From an uncultured Acidobacteriota bacterium (GTDB lineage Bacteria > Acidobacteriota > Vicinamibacteria > Vicinamibacterales > UBA2999): a stretch of 64,000 bases of DNA. The stretch lies in assembly GCA_963707795.1 (NCBI GenBank), contig OY970174.1, positions 1,179,359-1,243,358 of the forward strand, read 5' to 3'. The notes beneath the pieces are model-generated. The model was not told the origin of the DNA. It did no database searches and was given only the letters and a program-made list of their open reading frames with translations. The position numbers were made by a program, and so were the translations under genes. This document shows positions 1-13,859 of this stretch, in pieces (the stretch's first letter is position 1; each line of letters starts with the position of its first letter).

Positions 1-691
1 GCGCGTGGATGGCGTCGAGGGCTTCGATCGGCACGGTCCCCTCCTCGACCAGCGCGTCGTAGATCCGCTTCACCTTGGCCCGGCTGCCGATCAGGCCGAG
101 ATAGCGGAGGCGCTGTTGCGCGAGCGCGCGCAGGGCGTCGAGGTCGTGGCGGTGGCCGCGGGTGACGATGACGGCATAGGCGGACCGGGGCAGCGTGGTG
201 GCCGCCAGCCAGGACGGGATGTCCTCGACGATGATCTCGGCGGCGTCGGGAAAGCGCTCGCGATTGGCGAACTGCGCGCGATCGTCGACGACGTGCACCT
301 GGAAGCCGGCATCGTGCGCGACCCGGCCGACGTACTGCCCGACATGGCCGGCGCCGAACACGTAGACGGCGGGCGACGGCTCGATCGGTTCGATGAAGAC
401 CTCCATCTGGCCGCCGCAGATGAGCCCCGACTCCTCGGCGAAATCGTCCGCGAGCTCGTAGCGGACACGGCAGGCCGTGCGTGTCTGCAGCGACTCGCGC
501 GCCTTCCACAGCGCCTCGTTCTCGTAGCAGCCGCCGCCGATGGTGCCGACCACGCGTCCGTCGGCGTAGACCAGCATCTTGGCGCCGACGCGCTGCGGCG
601 TCGACCCGTTGGCCGACACGATGGTGACCAGCGCGACGTCCTCGCCGCGCTTCAACGCCTCGCCGAGGGCGGCAAACACTTCGTGGTTCAC
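1..691 (-). CDS. XdhC/CoxI-family molybdoenzyme accessory protein; 3' end runs off the window
   Basis: Absent from the ORF track because it has no stop in the window. My reverse-complement translation from GTG at 691 reads VNHEVFAALGEALKRGEDVALVTIVSANGSTPQRVGAKMLVYADGRVVGTIGGGCYENEA...AVYVFGAGHVGQYV...VIVTRGHRHD. That gives an XdhC N-domain (GGGC) plus a Rossmann-like GAGHVG domain. Confidence 0.8.
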   Translation of the reverse strand, partial: MNHEVFAALGEALKRGEDVALVTIVSANGSTPQRVGAKMLVYADGRVVGTIGGGCYENEALWKARESLQTRTACRVRYELADDFAEESGLICGGQMEVFIEPIEPSPAVYVFGAGHVGQYVGRVAHDAGFQVHVVDDRAQFANRERFPDAAEIIVEDIPSWLAATTLPRSAYAVIVTRGHRHDLDALRALAQQRLRYLGLIGSRAKVKRIYDALVEEGTVPIEALDAIHA

Positions 692-755
692 TGCTCGAAT
701 TATAGCCGTTGGCCGGAGCCCGGCGTGGCGTCGACGGCGCCGTGCCGGGTCGCGC

Positions 756-3130
756 TCACCAGCGGTGCAGGTCGCAGACTTCCAGCGGCTCGGTGCCGGC
801 GAGGAAGGCTTCGCTGGTGACGCGCGGGCAGAAGGGGAGTGCCACCCGGCCGGTGTCGCGATCGATGTCGACGAAGCTGATGCCGTCCGGCGGCTGCGAA
901 GGCGACGTTGTCGTGGCCGGCCAGGGCGCGCTTCATGAACTCGGTCCAGATCGGCAGCGCCGCCTGGGTGCCGCTCAGGCCGAGCGGGGTGTTGTCGTCG
1001 AAGCCGACCCAGACCACGGCCAGCAGCTCCGGGGTGAAGCCGACGAACCAGGCATCGCGCAGGTCGTTGGTGGTCCCGGACTTGCCGGCGGCATCGAGCG
1101 TGAACCCGTTGCCGCGGGCGCTGGCGCCGGTGCCCTCGTTGAGCACGCTGCGCATCATGTTGGTCACCAGGTAGGTCGCCGACTCGCGCGCGATGCGCGG
1201 GCCCTGCACCGGCGCCGGCAGCAGCGACTCGTCGCCGCTGACCACGCGCGCGACGCCGCGCGGCGGGCGGATGACGCCGTCGTTGACGAACGCGGTATAC
1301 GCCGTGGCCACCTCCATCGGCGTCAGCTCGAACACGCCGAGCGCAATCGACGGGTAGCCGCGCAGGTCGGCCTTGCCGACCTTGGTCCGCCGCCACAGCG
1401 CCGCCACCTGGTCGAAGCCGGCCTGCTCGGCGACCTTGATGGTGGCGATGTTGCGCGACAAGGCGAGGGCGCGGCGAAATGACACCATGCCGTCGTACTC
1501 GCCGTCGAAGTTGCGCGGCGACCACTCCTGCTGGTCGTAGCTCCACGTGGTCGGCTCGTCGAGGACCAGCGTCGCCGGCGTCAGGTCGGTCCGCCCTTCG
1601 TCGGCCGCGCGCTCGAAGGCGGCGAGGTAGACGAACGGCTTGAAGGTCGATCCGGGCTGCCGGCGCGCCGCGGTGGCGCGATTGAATTGCGACTGGTTGT
1701 AGAACCGGCCGCCCACCATGGCCAGGATCTCGCCGGTGCGCGGGTCGATCGCCACCAGCGCCGCCTGTGCCGGACCGGGCTTGCGCCGCCGCCGCGACAG
1801 CGCCTGGTCCACTTTCGCCAGGCCGTCGCGCACCGCGTCCTGGGCGTAACGCTGCAGGTTGAGGTCGAGCGTCGTGTAGATGTCGAGCGATCCGGCGCGC
1901 TGCGTGATGCCGGGAAAACCGGCCTGCAGTTCCTCGCCGAGGTGATCGACGAAGTACGGCGCCTCGTTGTCCACCGCCCGGGTGACGACGGTGATCGGAT
2001 CGCGGGCCGCGCGCTCGGCCGCCTCGCGGCTGATGTAGTCGGCGTCGGCCATCGCCGTCAGGACCAGGTCGCGCCGCTCCTTGGCGCGCTCGCGATTCAC
2101 GAACGGCGAATGCTGATAGGGGTTCTGGATCACGCCGGCAATCAGCGCCGCCTCCGACAGCGAGACGTTGCTCACGTCCTTGCCGAAGAAGATGCGCGCT
2201 GCTTCGGCGACGCCGTGCAGCGCGAACGACCCGCGGTTGCCCAGGTAGACGTCGTTGAGGTAGAGCTCGAGAATCTCCTCCTTGGTCGCCTTGGTCTCGA
2301 GGATCAGCGCCATGAAGCCCTCGAGCGCCTTGCGCCGGTACCGAGCGCTGCCCGGACTGCAGCTCGGCGTTGAACTCGGCGCTGAGGAAGAACATCCGCG
2401 ACAGTTGCTGCGTGATGGTGCTGCGGCCGACCGGCTGCCGGCGGGTCGAGGTGAGGTTGGTCACCAGTGCGCCGACGACGCCGATCGGATCGATGCCCGG
2501 ATGCCCGTAGAAGCGGCGGTCCTCGATCGCCAGCACCGCCTGCTGCATGCGCGGCGGGATGTTCGCCAGCGGCACGCGGCGCCGCTTTTCGCGCGACGCC
2601 GTCACCAGCCCCGCCAGCAGCGGCGGATCGAGGACCACATCGTCCACCGACCGGCCCCCGGCATCGAGGCGGGCAATGCGGCCCGGCGCCGGGGCCGCGC
2701 GGGTCTGCGCCGCCGGCACCGCCCGCGCTTCGGCAAAGGTCACGCGCACCGGCGCCCCGGCGTGATCGCCGCCGCGCGGGACGACGAGCACCGCGCGCCG
2801 CTCGAGGGCGAACTCGCCCGGACGCTCGACCCGCGACTTCTCGGTGTAGCCGACGTCGTTGAGCCGCGCCACCAGTTCCACGTCGCTCAGCCCCTGCCCG
2901 GTGCGCAGCGACAGCGGCCGCGCGAAGACGCGCGGAATCACACGGTCGCGTTCGCCGTGCAGCCGCGCTTCGATGATGCGCGAGAACTGGCCGTAGTAGT
3001 GGTTGAGGAACCCGAGGCCGACGATGGCGCCGGCCGCGGCGACGATGAGGAAGGCACGCGTCCAGGCGCCGCGGGGAATCCGGATCCGCCAGCCGCGGGT
3101 TCGCCTCGGTCGCGGCGCGGCCCTGGGCAT
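756..3130 (-). pseudogene. Class A penicillin-binding protein (PBP1A-type transglycosylase/transpeptidase), interrupted by two 1-nt frameshifts as sequenced
   Basis: The N-terminal part, from ATG at 3130, has a TM segment and GT51 motifs (EDRRFYGHPGIDP, GRSTITQQLSR). It lies in a frame not listed in the track, because that frame stays open to the window edge. The middle part is ORF 700..2313 (RKALEGFMALILE..., STFKPF, KSGTTND). The true C-terminus PDGISFVDIDRDTGRVALPFCPRVTSEAFLAGTEPLEVCDLHRW-stop (stop 756-758) is in a third frame. The shifts are near 2340 and near 895. Confidence 0.9.
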
Positions 3131-4830
3131 CAGAGCACGAGCACGGAGTGATGGCCCATGTCGGTGGGCAGGCTCGACAAGAGCCGCTCGACCAGCGCCG
3201 GGCCGTACCGGTTGGCGAACCAGATACAGGCGATTTCCCGTTCCTGCGGATGGCCGTTCGGGAACGTGATCACCTGCGCATGCTGGAACTGCCGGCGCAG
3301 CGTCTCGTCGCGACGCTTGGCCGCCTGAATCACCTTGTTGCGCAGCGTGTGCAGATCGTGCTGCATCTTCCCGAGCGTGGACTCGACCGTGCCGCGCAGC
3401 GTCGGATCGATCTGCGGCACCGTCGTCGCCACCTGCGCCATCTGTGCCGCGACCGCGCGCGTGGCGTCGTTGAGCGACGCTTCGACGGTCGGCGGCAGCT
3501 GGTCCTGCAGCAACTGGTTGAGCGCCGACTCGTCCTGCGGCGCCAGTGCCGGCAGCGGCACGGCATACTTCGACAGGAACCGGAGCGTGGCCGAGTCGAC
3601 GATCGTCGCCGTCGCGCGCTGGTACATCAACGGCATCGGCACGTTGAAATGCGCGTAGACACCCTGCAACTGCCCGAGGTACGCCAGCTCGTTCGGGCCG
3701 GCGACGTAGCACACCGTCGGGAACAGTGTGTCCTGGACGATCGGGCGCAGCAGCACGTTCGGGCTGAAGCGCTCCGGGGTGCGCTCCACTTCTTCGAGCA
3801 GGGCCGCCACGGTCGTCTGGCGCTCGCCGACAGTGGCACGGTCGCCGGCGAAGCGGATCCCGTCGCGTCCCGCGTTCAAATAGAAGAGCGAGACGGCATC
3901 GTCGTGCGGCGTGACTTGCGCGTGGTAGCCCGCCGCGACCAGCCCCTGGCCGGCGAGGCTCGCCAGCCGCGCCGTTTCGCCGGGTCGGCTCAGCTCGTGT
4001 GCGAAGACGTGCCGCGCCAGCGGCTTCGCCGCCGGATCCGACGCGTCATAGACCACCAGCCCGTGCGGACCCAGGACGGATTCGATCCAGCGGCCGAACG
4101 CCTCGGTCATGCTGCGGCCGGGACTGTAGGCGCGGCGGAGGTCCGCGAGCAACGCGTCGGTGAACTCGGTCGTGGGCAGCGCCGCCTGGAGCGCCGCGAC
4201 GGCGGCGTGAATCTGCTCGTCGAGCGTCAATCGGCCAATCGGCAGCTGCCCGGCTCCCGCGAGGTCGCCGAGCTGAATCGTCTGCGGCGTCATCTCCGCA
4301 TCGAGCACGGTGGCGCGATTGACTTCGGGCCAGTCGTGATCTTCGGCATCGATCCAGAAGACCGCCACGACGGGGATGTCGTGGGCGCTGGCGACGCTGC
4401 GTGCGAGCTTCATCGCCGTCAACGCCTTGAGGAGGGTGAACAGCGGCCCGCCGAACAGGCCGGCCTGCTGGCCGGTGACAACTGCGACGGCGCGCGGATC
4501 GGCGAGCAGCCGGGCGGCGGTGCGCGCGGCCGGCGGTGCGTCCCGGCGCTCCTGCTGGGCCTCGACGACACGAGCGATGTCCACCGTCGCGTCGGCCGCG
4601 ACGCCGCGGCGATGTCCGTGCCGCCGGGCGATGGCCGTGGCCCAGGCGTCGGGCTGCGCCGGGTTCCCGGCGAAATAGGGCGCCAGCCCCTCGAACGCAA
4701 AGACGTAGTCGGTGGCGAGTCGCCGCAGCCAGGGGAAGCGGCGGATGTCGACGGACAACGCCATCCGCTCGCTCGCGGCGCCAGGATCAACCGCCGCTGG
4801 CGCTGTGCTCGAGTGACTGTCTGAATGCAC
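3130..4830 (-). CDS. bshC: Bacillithiol biosynthesis cysteine-adding enzyme BshC (DUF2317 family)
   Basis: 566-aa ORF with VVTGQQAGLFGGPLFTLLKALTAMKLA, FWIDAEDHDW, SPNVLLRPIVQDTLFPTVCYVAGPNELAYLGQL and a C-terminal coiled-coil region. The start may instead be the internal ATG at 4764 (MALSVDIRRFPWL). Confidence 0.85.
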   Translation of the reverse strand: MHSDSHSSTAPAAVDPGAASERMALSVDIRRFPWLRRLATDYVFAFEGLAPYFAGNPAQPDAWATAIARRHGHRRGVAADATVDIARVVEAQQERRDAPPAARTAARLLADPRAVAVVTGQQAGLFGGPLFTLLKALTAMKLARSVASAHDIPVVAVFWIDAEDHDWPEVNRATVLDAEMTPQTIQLGDLAGAGQLPIGRLTLDEQIHAAVAALQAALPTTEFTDALLADLRRAYSPGRSMTEAFGRWIESVLGPHGLVVYDASDPAAKPLARHVFAHELSRPGETARLASLAGQGLVAAGYHAQVTPHDDAVSLFYLNAGRDGIRFAGDRATVGERQTTVAALLEEVERTPERFSPNVLLRPIVQDTLFPTVCYVAGPNELAYLGQLQGVYAHFNVPMPLMYQRATATIVDSATLRFLSKYAVPLPALAPQDESALNQLLQDQLPPTVEASLNDATRAVAAQMAQVATTVPQIDPTLRGTVESTLGKMQHDLHTLRNKVIQAAKRRDETLRRQFQHAQVITFPNGHPQEREIACIWFANRYGPALVERLLSSLPTDMGHHSVLVL

Positions 4831-4937
4831 CGGCTGGTACTGTCGCAGAGGGGTACAGATACTGTCAAGCTACGAGCCGGACGAGGGCTAAGTTACTGGG
4901 CCCTCGGAAGATTGCGTGATAAGATCGGGGTCCAACC

Positions 4938-6788
4938 TTGCCCGGGGAAGTTCCCTCCGACGTTCCGCCGGCGGCCTTCGGCCGCTTTCGCTCGCTGCAC
5001 CAGATCGGGGTCGGCAGCCTGGGTCCCGTGTTTCGCGGCGAGGACCCACGTACGCAGGAAGCCGTCGCCATCAAGCAGCTGCGGCTCAACCTGCCGCCCG
5101 AGCTGGCGGGCCGCGTGGCCGACCAGCTGCGCGCGCTCGTCGATCGCCAGCCCCAGCACCCGGGCCTGATCCCGCTGCTCGACGCCGGCCGGCAAGAGGT
5201 CGATCCGTTCCTGGTCACGCCGCTTGTCGCAGGAGAGTCGCTGGACGTCGCCCTCAGGGAGTTCGGCCCGGCCGTGATCGTCGACGCGTTGCCGCGCCTG
5301 CAGCGGCTGGCCGACGCACTCGACCGGGCGGCCGCCGCGGGCGTCTGGCACGGGGCGCTGCATCCGCGAGACATTCTGGTTTCGGGGCGGGAGACGCAGC
5401 TCGCGGGCATCGGCATCCAGCCCATCCTCGAGCGGGTCGGCGTACGGCGGCCCGCCCGGCGGCCCTATGCGGCGCCGGAAGTCGTGGACGGCGCTCCCTC
5501 GAGCCCGCGCGCCGACCAGTACGCCCTGGCCGCCATTGCCTACGAGTGGCTGTTCGGCGGCCGCGCCCCGATTTCGGCCGAATCGGTCCTCGACGCGCCG
5601 GCGCTGGACGGCGTGGACGCCGAGGCGCTCGCGGCAGCGTTGATGACCGCCCTCGCCCCTCAGCCAGCCAACCGCTTCGAGAGCTGCGCCGCGTTTGTCG
5701 CTGCAGTGTCTGGGGCGGTACGCGGGGCCGTCCCGCCCGTCGCGCGCGTGGCCGCCGCCGGTCCGCCGGCCGCCCCCAGTCCTCCGGCGCTGCTGCCCTT
5801 CGGTCGCGGCGAACCGTCGGGCGCGGAAGCGTTGCTGCCCGACGACCCGGCCGAGGCCTTGCTGCCCGACGATCCAATCGTCGAGATTACGCCGCCGTCG
5901 CTGGCCCTCGACGATCTGGTCCTCGATGACGAGGCGGAGCAGGAGCCGCCGATGCGGCCGCCTCCGCCACGCCCGGCGGCGCCGCTCGCCAGCGGGTCGC
6001 GTCCGGGGCGCGTCGCGTGGCAGGGGAGTTTCGGCGCTGCGGCCGAACCACCGGCGGACAATCCGCGTCGCGGCGTCGCCACCGGCACGCTGGTGGCGGC
6101 GGTCGTCGCCGCCCTGGCAATCGGCGGCGTCGGCGGCTACCTGCTGGGCTCGAGCCGCGCCACGCGCACGGCGGCGGATGCGGCGGCCGCGGCCGATGCG
6201 CCGAGCGACGCGGTGGCGGGCACCGAGGCGGGCCGCGACTTCACCGACGCCCCGGTGGCGGCGGCTCCCGACGCGACGGCCGCCACGCGTCCCGTCGCGG
6301 CGCCGCCCGCCGCGCCGGTGTCGGCCCGGCTGCTGGTGCGCAGTTCCCCGGCGGGTGCGAGCGTCGCCGTCGACGGCACGCCCCGCGGGACCACACCCCT
6401 GACGTTGCGGGATCTGACGCTGGGCACGCGAACGGTGGTCATCAGCCGGCCAGGCTACCGGGCGGTCGAACGGTCCATTACCCTGACGGCGGATCGGCCC
6501 TCCCGTTCGCTCGAGGTGCAGTTGACGCCGTCAAACCCACCGGCGCGGGCGGCGCGGCCGACGCCGCCGGTGACGACGGCGACGTTGGTGATCGAGTCGC
6601 GGCCGAGCGGTGCGTCGATCACCCTCGACGGCAAGCCCGTGGGCACCACGCCCTTGACGCTGGAGTCGATCGCGCCGGGAAAACACAGCGTGCGTCTCGA
6701 GCTGATCGGGCACCTCCCGGTCACCATCGCCGCCGAGGTCAAGGCCGGCGAGCGCCGGCGCGTGGCCGCCTCGCTCGAGGCAAGATAG
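4938..6788 (+). CDS. Membrane-anchored Ser/Thr protein-kinase-like protein (probable pseudokinase) with two C-terminal PEGA domains
   Basis: Contains a kinase G-loop [14 protein letters not shown] and YAAPEV. The catalytic loop reads [11 protein letters not shown] where HRDLKPxNILV is expected, and DFG is replaced by GIG. There is a Pro/Ala-rich linker and a TM segment [21 protein letters not shown]. Two PEGA-like repeats follow ([24 protein letters not shown]; [24 protein letters not shown]). Confidence 0.8.
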   Translation: MPGEVPSDVPPAAFGRFRSLHQIGVGSLGPVFRGEDPRTQEAVAIKQLRLNLPPELAGRVADQLRALVDRQPQHPGLIPLLDAGRQEVDPFLVTPLVAGESLDVALREFGPAVIVDALPRLQRLADALDRAAAAGVWHGALHPRDILVSGRETQLAGIGIQPILERVGVRRPARRPYAAPEVVDGAPSSPRADQYALAAIAYEWLFGGRAPISAESVLDAPALDGVDAEALAAALMTALAPQPANRFESCAAFVAAVSGAVRGAVPPVARVAAAGPPAAPSPPALLPFGRGEPSGAEALLPDDPAEALLPDDPIVEITPPSLALDDLVLDDEAEQEPPMRPPPPRPAAPLASGSRPGRVAWQGSFGAAAEPPADNPRRGVATGTLVAAVVAALAIGGVGGYLLGSSRATRTAADAAAAADAPSDAVAGTEAGRDFTDAPVAAAPDATAATRPVAAPPAAPVSARLLVRSSPAGASVAVDGTPRGTTPLTLRDLTLGTRTVVISRPGYRAVERSITLTADRPSRSLEVQLTPSNPPARAARPTPPVTTATLVIESRPSGASITLDGKPVGTTPLTLESIAPGKHSVRLELIGHLPVTIAAEVKAGERRRVAASLEAR

Positions 6789-6795
6789 GGGAGGC

Positions 6796-7935
6796 ATGAA
6801 CGCGATTCTCGCACTCGAAGACGGCACCTGGTTCCGTGGCGTGTCGGCCGGCGCGCCGGGCGAGGCCTCGGGCGAGGTGGTCTTCAACACCAGCATGACC
6901 GGCTACCAGGAAGTGTTGACCGATCCGTCGTACGCCGGGCAGATCGTCACGATGACGGCGCCGCAGATCGGCAATTACGGTGTGACGGCCGCCGATCACG
7001 AGTCTGGCGCCCCGTGCGTCGCCGGCTTCGTGATGCGGGATCTGTCGCCGATCGCCAGCAACTGGCGCGCGCAGTCCACGCTCCGCGACTACCTCGCCAA
7101 CCACGGCATCGTCGCCATCTCCGATATCGACACCCGCGCGCTGACGCGCAAGCTCCGGTCGGGCGGGGTGATGCGCGGGGTCATCGGCACCGGCGCCGCC
7201 CTCGACCCCGAGGCGCTGGTGGCGCGTGCCCGCACCATTCCCACCATGGAAGGCGCCGACCTGGTCAAGGAGGTCACCTGTGCCACGGCCTACGATTTTT
7301 CGCCGTCGTTGGCCGACACCGTGGCGGAGACGACGTTCGGGCTGGCGCCGCTGCGCCGCGCGAAGCGGCCGCTCCGGGTCGCGGCCTACGATTACGGCAT
7401 CAAGACCAACATCCTGCGCCGGCTGGCGGCGCATGGCTGCGAGATCCGCGTGTTCCCGGCGTCGGCGCCGGCCGCCGACCTGCTCGCCACGGATCCGGAC
7501 GGCATCTTCCTCAGCAACGGCCCCGGCGACCCGGCGGCCGTGACCTACGCCGTCGACCACATCCGGACGCTCGTGGACCACGCCGACCGGCCGATCTTCG
7601 GCATCTGCCTCGGGCACCAGCTGCTCGGGCTGGCGCTGGGCGCCAGCACCTACAAGCTCAAGTTCGGGCATCGCGGGGCGAACCATCCGGTCAAGGATCT
7701 CGACAGCAACCAGATCGAGATCACGTCCCAGAATCACGGCTTCGCCGTCGACCCGGACTCGCTGCCGGCCGACGCCCGGGTCACGCACCTCAACCTCTAC
7801 GACGGCACGGTCGAGGGGCTGCGGCACGTGAGCAAGCAGATTTACTCCGTCCAGTACCATCCCGAGGCGTCGCCTGGCCCGCACGACGCGGATTACCTGT
7901 TCACGCAGTTCATCGAAGAGATGGAAAAGCGCTGA
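6796..7935 (+). CDS. carA: Carbamoyl-phosphate synthase small (glutaminase) subunit
   Basis: 379 aa with [33 protein letters not shown] and the GATase triad region GICLGHQLL...HGFAV. An SD-like ggggagg precedes the ATG. Confidence 0.97.
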   Translation: MNAILALEDGTWFRGVSAGAPGEASGEVVFNTSMTGYQEVLTDPSYAGQIVTMTAPQIGNYGVTAADHESGAPCVAGFVMRDLSPIASNWRAQSTLRDYLANHGIVAISDIDTRALTRKLRSGGVMRGVIGTGAALDPEALVARARTIPTMEGADLVKEVTCATAYDFSPSLADTVAETTFGLAPLRRAKRPLRVAAYDYGIKTNILRRLAAHGCEIRVFPASAPAADLLATDPDGIFLSNGPGDPAAVTYAVDHIRTLVDHADRPIFGICLGHQLLGLALGASTYKLKFGHRGANHPVKDLDSNQIEITSQNHGFAVDPDSLPADARVTHLNLYDGTVEGLRHVSKQIYSVQYHPEASPGPHDADYLFTQFIEEMEKR

Positions 7936-7956
7936 CGCGCCCATCGTCCCACGTTC

Positions 7957-11226
<3,270 letters not shown>

Positions 11227-11389
11227 GCGCGTCCGCTCCCACCACCGCGGCAGGCGCGGAACCCGCGTCGTGTTGCAGCAATTGCGATCGTGCCATGCGT
11301 CGCGCGTTGCAGATCCTGCGCGTCCAACCGCCTCTCCACGTCATTTGACCCGCACACGCTGACGCCACGCCGATTGCATCGCTCCCGGC

Positions 11390-13840
11390 GTGCCGCACCT
11401 GCCGCTGGGACTGGCCATTGCGCTCGCGGCTGGACTCGGCCTCGCGTTGATCGTCGAAGAACCGGGGCAGATGCTGCCGTCGGTGATGCTGGCCGCGGCG
11501 TGGGGGGCCGCGATGGTCGGGCTCGCGACCGGCAGGGGACGCGTGCTGCTGGCCGGATCGATCGGCGCCGTGTGCGCCGCCGGCTGGCTGCTCGGCGCCC
11601 AGGCGCTCGATCGTGCCGTGCATGCGCCGCTGCGCCGGGTCGTCGAGCAACGTCTCGGCGGATTGGCGAGCGACCAGGCCGCTGCGCCGGACGCCGCCGG
11701 TCCGATCACCATCGAGGGTCGGTTGCGCGAAGACGCCACCATGACCGGCGCCGGCGCGACGCTGCGGATAGACGTCGAGCGGGTGTGGCTCGGCCCGTGT
11801 CCGGAAGCAGCGCCGGGCGGCGTGTTCGTCACCGTGCTCGGGGCGCAGCACGCGGCGCACGTGGGGCAATGGACGGCCGGCCGCGTGGTGCGGGCGCCGG
11901 CCTGGCTGCGACGTCCGGCGCGATACCTCAACCACGGCGTGCCGGACCAGGAGCGGGCACTGGCGCAGCGCGAGGCCACGCTCGTCGGGTCGGTGAAGAG
12001 TGCGTCGCTGGTCGAGGTCAGGGCGCGAGGGCGCTGGTGGCAGGAGGGCGCCGCGTGGCTGCGCGCCCGCAGTCGCGCGGCCATCCGGCGGCACGTGCCG
12101 GCGGGCGATGGGCAGGCGGCGGCGATCGGGACCGCCATCCTCATCGGCGATCGAAGCACGATCGACGTGCAGGTCGAGCGCCGGCTGCAGGAGGCCGGGA
12201 CCTATCACGTCATCGCCATTTCCGGCGGCAACATTGCCATCCTCGCGGGCCTGCTCATCGGAACGCTGGCGCTCGCGGGACTACGCGGGCGAGGCGCGGC
12301 CGTGGCGGCCATCGCCGCGCTGGCGGCCTACGCTGTAGTGGCGGCCGGCGGGCCGTCGGTCGCTCGGGCGACCGTGATGGCGGTGTTGTACCTGGCCGTC
12401 CGCCTGATCGACCAGCGGACGGCGGCGGCGAACGCGATTGCCTTCGCCGGCGCGGTGCTGCTGATCGCCAGCCCGTTGTCGATTGCCGATATCGGATTCT
12501 GGCTCACCTTCGGCGCCACGGGCGCCATCCTGGTTGGCGTGGCGCACGCGCCGCGGCTCACGGGATCGCTGCGAACCCTCGCGCTCGGCGTGCTGCTCGC
12601 CTCGGCCTGTGCCGAAGTGGCACTGGCGCCGATGGCCGCGCGGGTCTTCCAGCGGGTGACCCTGGCCGGCCTGCTGCTCAATTTCGTGGCGCTACCCGCG
12701 ATGACGGCCGTGCAGCTGGGTGCCCTGGCGGTCGTGCTGCTCGACACCGCCGGGCTTGCCGCTGCGGCTGGCTGGGCGGGCCAACTCGTGGCCGCCGGCA
12801 GCAGCGCGCTGACCGGGAGCGCGCGCCTGCTCGATGTGGCGCCGTGGCTGACCTGGCGTGTCCCGTCGCCCTCGCCGGCGGTCATGGCCGGCTACTACAC
12901 CGCGCTGGGGACCGCGATGATCGGCAGCGTCCTGCGGGTTCCCGGCTGGCTTCGCCGCGTGAGTGCGGCCGCGACCGTGCTGTTGCTGGTGTGGATCGTC
13001 GCCGCTCCACACGCCCGGGTGCGCGCGCGTGGCGACGGCAGGCTGCACCTCAGCCTCCTCGACGTGGGTCAGGGCGACGCGATGCTCGTGACCTTTCCGG
13101 ACGGCCGCCGCCTGGTCGTCGACACCGGCGGCGCCGCGTCGAGCGCCTTCGACATCGGCGAGCGCGTCGTCGCGCCGGCGCTGCGGGCGCGGCACGTCCT
13201 CGGCGTCGACTACCTGGCGGTGACGCACGCCGATCCCGATCACGTCGGCGGCGCGCGCGCGCTCGTCCGCGATTTCCGCCCGCGGGAAATCTGGTGGGGC
13301 ATCCCGGTCGCCGGACATGCGCCGACTGACGCGCTCCGGCACGAGGCCGCGCGGGCCGGCAGCGCCTGGCGCACGTTACAACGCGGCGATCGGTTCGAAG
13401 CCGGCGGCGTCGACGTGCGGGTCCTGCACCCGCCGCCGCCCGATTGGGAACGGCAGCGCGTGCGCAACGACGACTCGCTGGTCCTGGAGCTGCGGTTCGG
13501 ACGCGTCTCGGTGCTCCTCACCGGTGATATCAGTCGCGAGGTCGAGGGCGCGCTGTTGACCGCGTTGGACCTGCTGCCCACGGTGGTCCTCAAGGTGCCG
13601 CATCACGGCAGCGCGACCTCGAGCGGGGCAGCGTTCATTGCCGCGGTGGCGCCGGCCATCGCGCTCATCGGCGTCGGACGCGGCAATCCGTACGGTCACC
13701 CGGTAGGGCGCGTGCTGGAACGGCTGCAGGCCGCTGGGGCGGACGTGTACCGCACGGACCAGGACGGGCAAGTGGACGTCGCGACCGATGGGCGGACCGT
13801 GGCCGTGTCGACCTGGACCGGACGGCGGGGGTCGAGGTGA
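11390..13840 (+). CDS. comEC: DNA internalization-related competence protein ComEC/Rec2 (polytopic membrane domain plus C-terminal metallo-beta-lactamase domain)
   Basis: 816 aa with many TM helices, TGTYHVIAISGGNIAIL (competence domain), LLDVGQGDAMLVTFPDGRRLVVDTG, VTHADPDHVGG and VPHHGS. Confidence 0.88.
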   Translation: MPHLPLGLAIALAAGLGLALIVEEPGQMLPSVMLAAAWGAAMVGLATGRGRVLLAGSIGAVCAAGWLLGAQALDRAVHAPLRRVVEQRLGGLASDQAAAPDAAGPITIEGRLREDATMTGAGATLRIDVERVWLGPCPEAAPGGVFVTVLGAQHAAHVGQWTAGRVVRAPAWLRRPARYLNHGVPDQERALAQREATLVGSVKSASLVEVRARGRWWQEGAAWLRARSRAAIRRHVPAGDGQAAAIGTAILIGDRSTIDVQVERRLQEAGTYHVIAISGGNIAILAGLLIGTLALAGLRGRGAAVAAIAALAAYAVVAAGGPSVARATVMAVLYLAVRLIDQRTAAANAIAFAGAVLLIASPLSIADIGFWLTFGATGAILVGVAHAPRLTGSLRTLALGVLLASACAEVALAPMAARVFQRVTLAGLLLNFVALPAMTAVQLGALAVVLLDTAGLAAAAGWAGQLVAAGSSALTGSARLLDVAPWLTWRVPSPSPAVMAGYYTALGTAMIGSVLRVPGWLRRVSAAATVLLLVWIVAAPHARVRARGDGRLHLSLLDVGQGDAMLVTFPDGRRLVVDTGGAASSAFDIGERVVAPALRARHVLGVDYLAVTHADPDHVGGARALVRDFRPREIWWGIPVAGHAPTDALRHEAARAGSAWRTLQRGDRFEAGGVDVRVLHPPPPDWERQRVRNDDSLVLELRFGRVSVLLTGDISREVEGALLTALDLLPTVVLKVPHHGSATSSGAAFIAAVAPAIALIGVGRGNPYGHPVGRVLERLQAAGADVYRTDQDGQVDVATDGRTVAVSTWTGRRGSR

Positions 13841-13859
13841 GGCAAATCGTTCGGCGAGG

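Noticed and set aside
5-820. 271-aa plus-strand ORF at the window start
   Set aside because: It is antisense to the XdhC-family gene. That gene is missing from the track only because it lacks a stop within the window.
3148-4824. 558-aa plus-strand ORF
   Set aside because: It is antisense to bshC and has low-complexity R/G/D/H composition. The minus-strand product has clear BshC motifs.
11290-13329. 679-aa plus-strand ORF overlapping comEC in another frame
   Set aside because: It has an extreme Arg/Gly/Ala bias and no hydrophobic segments or motifs. The comEC frame gives a coherent polytopic plus MBL protein.
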